Below, in pieces: positions 9,716 through 21,402 of a DNA stretch of 34,615 nt. The position numbers and the translations under genes were made by a program. Source of the stretch: Basidiobolus ranarum. Lineage: Eukaryota. The stretch is taken from the NCBI GenBank assembly GCA_040143965.1, contig JASJQH010006941.1:1-34615 (forward strand), given 5' to 3'. Under the pieces are notes generated by a model that saw only the letters and a list, made by a program, of their open reading frames with translations, was not told the origin of the DNA and ran no database searches. Each line of letters begins with the position of its first letter. Position 1 is the stretch's first letter.

Positions 9716-11319
9716 GCATATTATTTCCGAGTTTTCCCAGGCTCAGGTATATATACAGAGAAAAGATGCTAGGTTTATACTTACTGTTATATACTTTTCA
9801 TATAAGTAAAATTTTCTAGACAACACCTATTCTCTTAGTATTCTTATAGAAACCTGTCCTCAGATAATGCTCTTTATTCTGATCATTTTGACTTGAAGTT
9901 AACGTAAACTTTAAGAACCAAATAGCTTTACACTAATCGATCAAAAATATAAATAGATAGCAGGTTTTGTGGTTCATGGGTAGTAAATGTTCGCAGTTGA
10001 ATATCGATTTGTCCATATTAGCACCAGATGTTTGACTGATATCCATCATAATGTGCCAAGAATTGCAGCTTTTGTCTTAATGCACATATTAGCAAGTAAC
10101 CCGCAAATTAGCCCAGTGTTATTTATAGCTCGCATTTCGAACTGTAGCAAATAGAAAGTTGTGATATTATACTTTCATCAAGTAACATATCCTTATAAAG
10201 GTGGCTCATTTTGCAATCGCGGGATCAGGTTTCAGACCTATTTGTGAATTAGGCAATCTATTCCACAAGACACCATTCTAGTGGTCATTCATAAAAGTAG
10301 ATATTAAGATGTTGGTACCCACAGCAAAACCTGAACTCAACAATGCAGTTGGCCACAATTTCTCTGAAACAGAAGAACACTTAGCCTGACTGAGTGGGGG
10401 TAGCAACCAATGGCCAGCTATTAATTGGAGCTGCCCAAGCTATTTCCGTAACATTGTTCCCAAACTCTATCATTCTGTGCGCTGGATTTGATTGATGCGC
10501 CATTTTTGATCAGTGTCCGTTGATTTTACATCCGTTGGGCCATCTGTGTTGCAGCAGTGTATCCTGCCAGCGTCTACCGATGCGCCTCACTCGTCCCCAA
10601 GAATAAAGTTCTAGAATCAGGCACGTGAGGAGTGCATGTTATCCGTTCTTAAGCTGGGGAGATTGATTATTCAGTTAAACTAATTGGCATCCGATGTGCG
10701 CTTTCTTGAGAATAAATCGATTTCCATAACAGGCATCTTCTTATCATGGAACTCTATGGCCCATTCGATATGAACCTATATTTGGTCATAGAGTAATGAG
10801 AGGGCTCATCAAGCAGCTACTTAGTTGGTGTCTGCTTATTCTTATCACACATATGGAAATTCCAATTACACTCACTGAATTTATGTAGAGCTTAACTTGT
10901 CTTCTAGTTGTTCTAATATAAACTAGCCTACTTCAAACATGAAAATGCCGAATAAGCATACTTCAGTTTAAGCCGAAATCTCCTTCTACAGAGGTCAGCT
11001 TAGACAAAATATTTCTTTCAGATTTATACGAATATACGGATTAATCCATTGCAACCATCAGTCCTTGCTTGTTCTCATTGATCGTCACAACTCCCTCCTG
11101 TAACGTTATTGTGCTTTATCCAAACAACTTTTTTCTATATTTAACTAGAGTGTGTGTTCAGCTATTTGAAGCTTCTTCTCAGTTTTCCCTATTTTTTTCG
11201 GTGAGGCTCTATAAATTATTTCATTGAACTTTTTAAGCTTTTACTAATACTCACGGCGTTTTGATATACAGCCGAGTACACTATAGTATACTCAGTAGAA
11301 TATTTTGCTTCCTTAGAGC

Positions 11320-14300
11320 ATGAAAATAGAAAATAACTCTGACCAACCTACCACTATTTCCAATTCTTCACGCACACAATTCCACTCTGCTCCATATAGC
11401 ACTCTTCATACTGTTCGGACTCAATCCAACCTGAACTCTGTACTTGATTTTTATATTATATTTAAGTGAGAATTCAGAATAACATATTCTTTTCTTTAGT
11501 CAGTGGCGGGTTTCGTCAGAGATAGTGTCGACAGTTTTCAAAGTGGTAACAGCGATTTCGAATCTAGTTTTAATAATCGGTTTAGTGAAACAGATACTGT
11601 ACGTTTGATTGAACACATGGACATAGAGGAAGTTTCACTTTCCGACAATTCTAGTTCTACTAAACCTTCGAAATCCTTGCATACTCCGTCACGTTTGTAT
11701 TCAGTAGGAAAGGCTCTACACAGAGCCTCTACACGAGTTATTGAATTATCTACTACTCGTTTCGACCACTCACCATCCCCTTCACCCTATGAAGACTTGA
11801 ACAAAGAACCAGATGGAACCAACCCAGCTGACGAGCCTTACTCTCAGCCACATCGTCTTGGTGGCCGTTCCCTGTATATATTCGGACCCAACAATTCGCT
11901 AAGAGTATTTCTTGCAAAACTATTCAAAAAAAGGTAGTGTTGACAGTATCACCGCTTGATATTAACAATAATTAATTGTACGAATTGCTTTAGGTGGATG
12001 GGCTTTTTTATCACTTTTTTGATTATATTGAACTGGCTTTTACTATGCGTTCAATTCTGGGCCGCGGGGGTCCGAGACTATACTTTTGGTTCTAGTTGGG
12101 CTGATTACCCATTGTTTGCTATATTCATATTTTACACGTACGTGTTCTCCATGCTTGTTTGAATCGACACTATCTTTAAGCTGAATGGTCTGTATTGACT
12201 AATTCCTCGGTTTCATTGTTATTTAGGCTTGAAATGGTTGCCAGGATCATTATCTCCGGATTTATTATAAACCCTTCTGGACCTCAACTCAGAGTCCCGA
12301 GAGCAGATATTGGAAAAAAGTCACCGTTTCTCGTAGTAGAGGTTCATTCGGAAATAGATTCTCTCTTTCCTGATAGGGCGTATTTGCGTCATAGTTTCCA
12401 GCGGATAGACTTCGTAGTTGTTGTTTCATTTTGGGTTAATTTGATACTGTTGTTCACTGGACATGGTCGATTTACTGTGTTTAGTGCCTTGTGTGCTCTC
12501 CGCCCATTTCGTCTTATATCTATGACTTCAGGATCCTGGGTATGGGTTTATACATTCCAAGCCTTCTGAGTATATTAATGACCTTGTTTTTCTCTAAAGA
12601 CAATTTTAAGGTCTCTGAAGAAGAGTGCTCCGGTCTTAGTTAACGTTACACTTTTCCTGCTATCTTTTTTCTTGTTATTTGGGTACGTTTTCTACAATGT
12701 AGATTTCTCTTACGTAAAGGGATAATTAATGTCGTTTGTTTAATAGTATTATCGGTGTGGTTTCATTCGAAGGGTCGTTTGATCGACGTTGCGTCTCTAA
12801 TGGTTTGTTTTAAGCAAGTCGATATTTTGCGCGTATTATTTCCATAGTAACCAAACTTCTAGATATCCCTGATGATTTGGAGGATGCCAAAAAGTACTTC
12901 ACGATTCCTGAGCGATACTGTGGACATTATGACACTTTCACCAAGGGCTACGCATGCCCCGAGAATTTCAAATGCATGGTAAGTGTTGTTTTCTTGTTTA
13001 CATCTACATCCATACGATATCCCACTAATTATCAATTCCATTCTCTTCTGAAGAATGTTGGCAGTCCATTTGAAGGAACTCTCGGATACGACAACATTTT
13101 TCAGACTGTCCCAATTTTATTTGGTATCACAGCAGGTAAGTACGAAACTCAAATCAATCTCTCTTCATTGGGTATTGATTAGTTGTTTAGCGCAGGGATG
13201 GCTTTCATTGATGTTTCAAACCATGGATGCTGAATATCCATTGCCATCAGCCTTATACTACATCATTGGAGTCGTTATCTTTAATTTCTGGTTGCTCAAT
13301 TTATTCGTTGCGGTTATAACTGAAATGTTTGCCAAAATTCGTGAAGATACCAATCATAGCGCTTTCACTTCCTCAAGGTAAGGCATTTTATTATCAGTTA
13401 TGTCGAACCGAATGTTGGTAATTAATTCGAATTTTCTCAAGTAAAACTGCTATCGTTCTGAATGATGTTAACGAGGATGATAATCTCCAGGGACAAACGA
13501 AAGTTGCGCGCAAGCCTAATTTTCTTGAAAGAAACTTCGAGGCCACTTATTATTTTTGGATCCTCTTAGTAGCTGCTGATCTTGTAATTATGTGTGTCCG
13601 TTCGTATGATCCCGACGATGAAGAGGATGCTAAATTGGCAGACCCCACCATGAGTATGTTTTTTAAAATCCAGCACAAAGTAATGCGAACTCGACTAGAT
13701 TATATACTGAATTCCAATCTCTATCAGTTCAGGGAGAGTTTCTAACAGCCGAGCGTATTTTCACCGCATTGTTTGCAGTTGAGATACTCCTGCGTTATTT
13801 CGCTACTCCAAAACTTGGACGAAGATCTAAATTCTTTGCCTCCAAGAGAAACCGACTTGATTTGTTCTTAGCGGTTATAACTTGTATAATCCAGATACCT
13901 CCTATTCCCACTGTTTCCTCTGGAATGGTTTATCGATATCTCACTTTGTTCCAAGTAGTGAGATTTTATCGTATTGTTATGGCTATACCTCGTCTTCGCA
14001 GATTGATTGTTTGTACATTCTTACACTTTTTTTTGTCTATTGCTATTGACCAGTCTCTTTGTATTAGACTCGTACGGTTGGCAATGTTATTGGTATGATG
14101 AATTTGTTCCTTTTCATTTTGATGTGCATTGGAGTCAGCGCCACTGTGGTAAGAACTTCTCAACTTCATGAGTGTAATGTCTAATCACATCTAAGCCAAT
14201 GGATACATATTCAATAGGCAATGCAACTTTTTGGAGGACAAATAGGGCCAGATGACGACTTGGACATGAATTTTGACAATTTTGCCGCTAGCTTTTTAGC

Positions 14301-17300
14301 TCTTTTCCAGGCAAATCTAACATTCCATTTGAATTAGATATATCCGGTGTGTTAACCTATTTCAACTATTTTAGATATTTTCTGGTGATAACTGGACCGA
14401 TCTCTTATTTGGTTTAACTGGACTTCAGCGACAACACAACATGGCGGTGTTTTCATCCGTTTTTATACTGTTATTCTTTTGTTTCTCAAACTGTAAGTCA
14501 ACCACGTACTTCCATTTATCAAATGCCCTCTAATCTTTTCACTTCCTTTATAGTCATCTTGCTTAATATGCTCGTTGCCGTTATAGTAGAGAATTTTGAA
14601 ATGGACGAGGAAGAGAAACGTCGACTTCAACTTGAAGAAACCATTAAAGGAATTGAAATTAGGCAGAAAGAAAGCCAAAAAGTGATTAGGTAAATCAAGT
14701 CTAGTCAAACTCTTACTACTATATTTACTTATCAGCTCCTATTTAACACACATGTAGTCGATGGAATCCATATCGGTTTTTAAAGCCAAGCCCTAAAGCT
14801 CTTGCGGTGAATAATATCCCATCAAACCTTGTTTTGCCAGTTCAAAAAAGCGCTGCTCGCGAGTTTTTGCAAGAATCTAACTCGAAGGTAGGGATTTTTA
14901 CCACTTTAATATTCCGAAAATTGAACTTCCAAAACTTATAAATTCTCTACTTTCCAGGCAAATAGAGCACATTTGGAGAGGTCCAAATCGAAAGGATTTA
15001 CTTCCCGAGTTCGAAGGTTTTTGAAAATGGACCCCGATGAACTGGAGAATGGAAGCGCTAGTCATACAGTCTACGAACCTGAAAGTAGAGAGGAAAGATT
15101 TGTGAACGAATCTACTGATAACAAACGTGCGGATATGGATCAATACAATGAGCGCGAAGCAATTCTTAATGACTTTATGACGGCACATCCAACTTATGAT
15201 ACGTCACTTTTCATTTTCAAGAGAAACAACCCCATCAGAAGAATCTGTAAAAAGCTAGTGGGTAATTCGGATCCCTCCATTGAGAGTGTATCTTTTAATC
15301 ATTTTAAGCTAAGCCATGCGTTTAACGGACTGATTTTTGCTTGTGTTGTTGTGAGTGTTGTATTTGCTGTTCTAAATACTCCACTTGCACAGCAACAGAG
15401 ATTAATCCGCAAGTATGGCAGCTTAGAGGCTGCCCCAGTTAATCGTCGCGACATTGATTTGTTCTTTTGGATGGACGTTGCCATAACTACGATATTTACC
15501 CTCGAATTCTTGATTCGCGTCATTGCTGATGGGTTTATGTTTACTCCCGATGCTTATTGGCAAAGTATATGGAATCGAGTGGATTTCTTGGTTCTAATCA
15601 CCATGTACATTACGTTAGCAATCAATCCAAAGGAGCCCACAGGAATCCCAAGAACATTGAGAGCTGCTAAAGGATTTAGGGCTTTAAGAATTGCTAGCTA
15701 CTTCAATGCTGTTAGAGAGGTATTTTATGGTACTCTATATTCGGGATTTCCACGAATCGTTGATGCGGCAATGCTTTCACTTTGTTTCATTCTGCCATTC
15801 TCTATCTATGGCTTGAATATTTTTGCCGGACTCATGTATAGTTGTAACGACACAGCGGACACTATTGCAACTCGTGCAGATTGTAAAGGCCTATTCTTTG
15901 ACAGCGAAATGAATTTTTGGAAGCCACGGGTTTGGTCGAATCCAAATAATTTTAATTTTGACAATTTCAAGTCATCTCTCTTGGTTTTATTTGAGATTGT
16001 TTCGAACGAAGGTTGGGTCGATGTCATGTTGAATACGATGAAAATCAAGGGCTACAATGTTCAACCAGAGGATCGAAATGCTTGGTACAATGCAGTCTTC
16101 TTCATGTCCTACAATATGGTTGGCGCTGTATTTGTGTTGACTCTATTCGTCGCTGTTATCATTGAAAATTTCAACACCCGGAATGGAACCGCGTTCCTTA
16201 CAGCGGAGCAAAGAAGATGGATAGACATGAAAAACCAGTTAAAACAAATCAAGCCATCCATTCGTCCTGTTAATCCTCCAAGTGATAAAATTCGAAAATG
16301 GTGCTATGAAATGGCTATCGCAAAAAATGGATTTTTATCTAAATTTGTAGTTGGTGTTACCATCTTCGACGCTCTACTTCTTGTAACGCAATTCCATGGT
16401 CAACCTGAGAGTGTGAACACTGCCAAAGGTACACTTACCATTCGTCCGATTTTCAAATGAATTTTGACTAATATCAATCTCGCAGATATTCTATTTGGGA
16501 TGGTCTTTCTAGGTTACATGTTCGAGATTGGAGTCAAGTGTCTAGGGCTCGGTTTGAGAACGGTAGGTTATCTTCGATCTATTAAGCAAATGGAAGTTAG
16601 AATCTAATATCCTACATCATTACCCAGGTATTAATGAATCCATGGAATATATTCGATATTGTTATTACTTTTGGTCTTGCTGTTTCAACCCTTTCCCAGC
16701 TTATCCAAAAGTTCATTTTCAACACACCAAATGGATCTCGTCTTGCATTGAGGATATTCGTCACCCTCGTGCTATTCAAAGTTGTTCAAAAAGTTGATAG
16801 TTTACATCAACTTCTAAGAACAATGGCGTAAGTTCATCTTCCTGATATACGGCGTGGTATTTTTGAATAACACTTATTGTACTATTATAGTGTGAGTTTA
16901 AGGACCATTGTCAACCTGTTAGCCGTTTGGTTTCTGGTTTTTGTGATATACGCCATTGCTTTCATGGAGATCTTTAGCTTAACCAAGATGGGTGAGAATG
17001 GAGGAGCTCAGGCCAATTTCCGTAATTTCTCCAACTCTATATTGAATCTGTTGGGGATGTCTACCGGTGAAGGGTGGAATGATTTTATGCACGATTTTGT
17101 GACCCAAAATCCAGAGTGCGTTAGCTCAGCTCGTTCGTATTTAGAAACTGATTGTGGAAGTCCTGCCTGGGCCTACTTCTTGTTTATTTCCTTCAACATC
17201 ATTTCAATGTATATCTTTGCCAATCTATTCGTCGTTGTGGTAATGGACGGGTTCTCATACTGCTACCAAATCGCATCCTCATACTCTCTAATGAAGAGAG

Positions 17301-18686
17301 ATGACATCAGAAAATATCCTTTGAGTTGATTTTATATTTATCTAATGTCATTCATCTACGTTATAACCTTAACATACGCTTACTTTCAAGAAAGCATGGG
17401 GTGAAGTTGATATCAATGGTCACGGCTACATATACCAGAAAGATATAGTTAAACTATTTTCGGTAAGATATCCATTACTAGCGATTTCTACGTCAAGTGG
17501 TCCCCATTTTAACCATATAACATTTCAGAAACTATCCGTGCCGTTTGATGTCAAGATATATCCTGAACAATATTCCATCCCAGTTTTGCTACGTGACTGT
17601 CGGATCCAGGATAAGCCTGACATTACTCCCCAGCGTTCATTTAGGAAGAGCTCGAAGAAGAATGTATTCGAGCTCACTGATCAGCGGCCAGAATCCAAAC
17701 TCCCTGACCTAGCAACCTTGAATAGTCGCTTGGCTGATATAAACCCAACAGAAATACATCAACGAAAGAGAATATACAATATGGTTTATCAGGTTAGACG
17801 ATGGTTTGTGAGTTACAAATGACCTCTCTGCTAAACATTCGCTATGATCTGCGTATATAGGAAGCTATGGATCTAGGTGCAAATGGTCGAAAGATTGGAT
17901 TTACCAAGATGCTGTTACTACTATCCATTTATAAGCTGACTGATCCAGTGAAGAGCTTTTTGTAAGTTAATCCTGCATTCCTGTTAATTTGCACTACCGT
18001 ACTTACGATTGCTCATTCTTTAGACCCACAGACTACATAAAGCGTAAAGAGCGTGTGGATCAAATTGTGGATAAAGTTCGAATGGACACACTTAGGGGCT
18101 TCTTACGTATCGCTATTCAGAAAAAACGTATCCGTGAGATACGAATTCAAACTGAAAAGCATTCTGAGCTCAAGCCTGGAACTTCAAGAGAATTTCGAAG
18201 TAGAAGTGATTCAATTATTGTGTATGATTTAACTTCAACTCATCGCTTTAATTTCATCTAGAAACTCCCGTAAGACCAGAAATTAGAATTGAGAATGAGA
18301 GCTCCTCTTCCTCGGCAGATCCTCACAACCCCTTTTCTACTCCCGACAAAAAATCAACACATACCTTTGATGATGCATCACCATCTTACTCTCCATATCC
18401 GTAAGTTTCTCGCGTCGATTGTTACGAAAAAGCATACCCATAACCCCTTTTTATAGTACATACAGTGATGAAAGCGATGACGCTTGTAGTATTACTAGCT
18501 TAAACGATATGGATGTTGGTCAAGCCGATAATTTCTTGAGTGACTTCAGAAGTAACCAATGGCATGGTAAATATGATACTTTTCATCATGCTAATAAGTT
18601 AAGCTTGTACTAACCTTACCATAGATGCTCTGGTCGCCGAAACAATTGATCCGTATGAGAGTAGTACGTCTGAAGAAGATGAATAA
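11320..18686 (+). CDS. CCH1: Four-domain calcium channel alpha subunit (Cch1/NALCN clade), ~27 exons
   Basis: Four pore loops (ITAAQGW, IFSGDNW, IVSNEGW, MSTGEGW). S6 motifs LLNLFVAVI, LLNMLVAVIVENF, LTLFVAVIIENF, FANLFVVVVMDGF. LGGRSLYIFGPNNSLR N-terminal motif; AFLTAEQRRW linker. Exons joined by hand from ATG 11320 to TAA 18684-18686; the terminal exons are least certain. Confidence 0.93.
14311..14374 (+). other. Non-canonical GC-AG intron in CCH1 (domain II pore)
   Basis: CAG|GCAAAT...TTTTAG|ATA joins FLALFQ to IFSGDNW. Read-through hits TAG and no GT donor lies nearby before the stop. Confidence 0.85.
17314..17383 (+). other. U12-type (minor spliceosome) AT-AC intron in CCH1
   Basis: 5' site ATATCCTTT, branch site CCTTAAC at 17367-17373, 3' site TAC. 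Splicing gives DDIRNFKKAWGEVD in frame. Confidence 0.92.
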
Positions 18687-19208
18687 GCTTTGTAGATGGC
18701 TTTATTGACCATCCATGTATTACTATATGTATTTTACAGTCTAATCGGAGCATTTGTAAGGTCATAATTATTATTTTATAAATAATTTAGGAATACCTCA
18801 TAGCTATGAGCTACATTTCCATTTGCCTTTGCTCACCGATTTAACCCAGCTTCAACCTCATGTATCACCCATCTTTATGAATAAATTTTCCGCATTCAAA
18901 CCCCCAAAGATTCTTCAACTTCTTGCGAAGCATAACGTTGGCAATTGTATCTTTAATTCATGAACATGCTACTATCAAGCGTCAAGAAATTCTGGATCTC
19001 AGAACTAGTGGTTATTAAGAAAAATAATGCTTAGATCTGTTACTATTTCTACAACTAGGAATACAAAATCTTCCTAGTATCGTCCATTTAAACAAGAGTA
19101 TTACGAATCTTGATGAGACAAAGGCTACAAAAGGATGGTACAAATCAACCGCTTCCAAATTCCAAAACAGTAATAAAAATCCTCGACAAAACTGGAAACG
19201 AGTACTGA

Positions 19209-20955
19209 CTATGTATCGCGAGTGCCACTTTCGTAAACAGCTTTCACCGTCGGAAATCTCAACGAGATATTCGAAGAGCTTGAAGCCTTTTTATTTTTTG
19301 AAGGCTCAGTTTCGGAATAGTATTGCACCGTTATGGGTTTACCGATAATTAAAGAGGGATCGGCAGCGTATCGAATGCGCTGATCCAGGGTAAACCCAGA
19401 GCCAACGTTAACCTTGTTGTTTTTATATCTAATGATCACTGATCCTAATATCTCGCGCTCTTCATTACTTCCACGGACAACTAGATTCATCCTCGTCTTC
19501 TGAATATCCTCTACAATAAATTCCTCATCCTCCCACTGCTTGATTTTTAGAAGATTTCGGCTAAATAAAAGATTAATATATGAACAGATTTACAGCTACA
19601 AGTATGAGAGTGTACCTTCGTTTGCCTTCATATTCCGTATCTCTTCGAAGCATAAGTCCTTCCCAACGTCTTTCGAAAGCAATACTTTTTAGTTGTTGCA
19701 AATGTGCGAAATCTTTAACTTTAGTATGTTCCAGCAATTTAATTCTTGGATGATTATATCCTTTAAAAAGCTGATTGGCAAAGTCAAGACGTTCAGAAAA
19801 ACGCCTACTTGTCCCCTTCATTGAATATTCTTTTTGTGTCAAGACATCAAATACAAAGTAGAGAGGGTCACGGACTTGATGTTCATTACGAGTGATCTCT
19901 CGCATAATTGCCTGGAAATTCTCAACTTCACCTTCAGTACTACGACCATCTTTAAAGACGCATATCTCACCATCAAGCACTAACCCATCTTGAAGGGTTT
20001 GAACTAAGTCCATATGATTTGATGTCGAAATCAGCGATCTAATCGAGTCTACAACTTTTGATAGAGAAGAAAACTCGTTCCCCCTTCGTGAAAAGCACCT
20101 TATACTGAGCTCTTTAGAAGAAGGGTCGTTGGCCAACGAAACAAACGTTAAACAACGAATTCCATCCAGTTTTCGGGATGCATAAAAGGATCTTTGTGAG
20201 TTAAGGAATAGCGCTTTCTCTTCTGAGGGAAGTAAAGACTCAGCTAATGCAGTCTTGAAGTTTGCTATACTTCCCGGTTTGGCTCTATTTAAAAGTGCGG
20301 CACCCACACCAGTTCCTAAGTCACGATCTATAATATCGTATACGACGTCGTGATATTCTTCGGAGCAACACCTGTTCAAAAAGCTGAGGATAGCTCCTAT
20401 AGCATTTAAACCAGTGAGTTTTCGAGAGGATAAATCCTTTAGTAATTGTAGTAAATCTCGTGGGGGCTGATTGAAAACTCTAGTTTTTGAAGGTAATTCC
20501 TCAGCGTTCATCAGTTCCCGAACTTTCTTTGAATGAAGACCAAACGTGAGCTTCGGGTCGGATACAAAAGTTAATATAGGAAATAAATGTCGGTTTGATT
20601 CCAATATTTTAATCTTCTCTGTAATCGATTGAGTTCTCTTTAATTGTGTTTGAAGCTCAAGTAGTTGCCCTAAATCCTGGTCATTCGCTTTTAAAACATC
20701 ACAAAATTCTGAGGTCTTATAAATACGTGAACTACTCTCACACTTCCTACGAGTTGAGAAGAACCTTAAACCCGAAGGATAATTATATTGCGCATTTGCT
20801 TGTCTATGGAAGAAACCGCCCAGGTTGTTACAGTCTTTGGTTGTTAAGAAAGTTTGTCTAATTTTACCAACATTAGGTCTGGAAGTGGGTGTGCATTTGG
20901 AGTGGAGGAGAATTCTGTCCAACTGATTTGCCAATAAAGATATCCGTGTTTTCAT
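19209..20955 (-). CDS. ATP-dependent DNA ligase of T4-phage-like type with probable mitochondrial presequence, ~563 aa; exons 20955-19616 and 19560-19209
   Basis: Motif I SRKLDGIRC, Ia FSRRG, III VLDGEI, IIIa YFVFD, IV WEGLMLR, V YEGKRSRNLLKIK (across intron 19615-19561), OB-fold VGSGF, VI SLRFPT. Confidence 0.93.
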
Positions 20956-21402
20956 GCTAGTCAAAACCCAAGGCCTCTACAAACCTTTAAATCATCAAAT
21001 TACCCAGCTATTTTTTCCATCCAACAAATTTTGCGATGTAATTTTGACATCCAAACTAATTTATAGCGATCGAACTAAAATTTCAAATGATTACAGGTGA
21101 CGGCTTTACAAGATGTTTGTAACTTATGTAGGATTGAAAATGGTTCTAGAATGCGATACGAACTTCGAACTAACTCAAGTTCACTGATTCGCCTTCAAGC
21201 GTCTACCTACCATATTCCTGTATAGAAGGGATCATAGAAGTCTGGGTTTTTTTTTCAACCGTATCATTCTGGATTACCGATCTAGCCTTATTCAAATGTG
21301 CTCAAATAGCCTTAAGTGGTAGATCTAGATTTAGTTTTGATTTGGCCTACACTTCCCTATAAAATCAGACTAATGTCTAGTATTTTTATGTAACTCAAAA
21401 GC

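Noticed and set aside
10380-10720. Slightly GC-richer intergenic patch between TKL1 and CCH1
   Set aside because: I could not identify an ORF, RNA family or repeat; an Rfam/BLASTN search would be needed.
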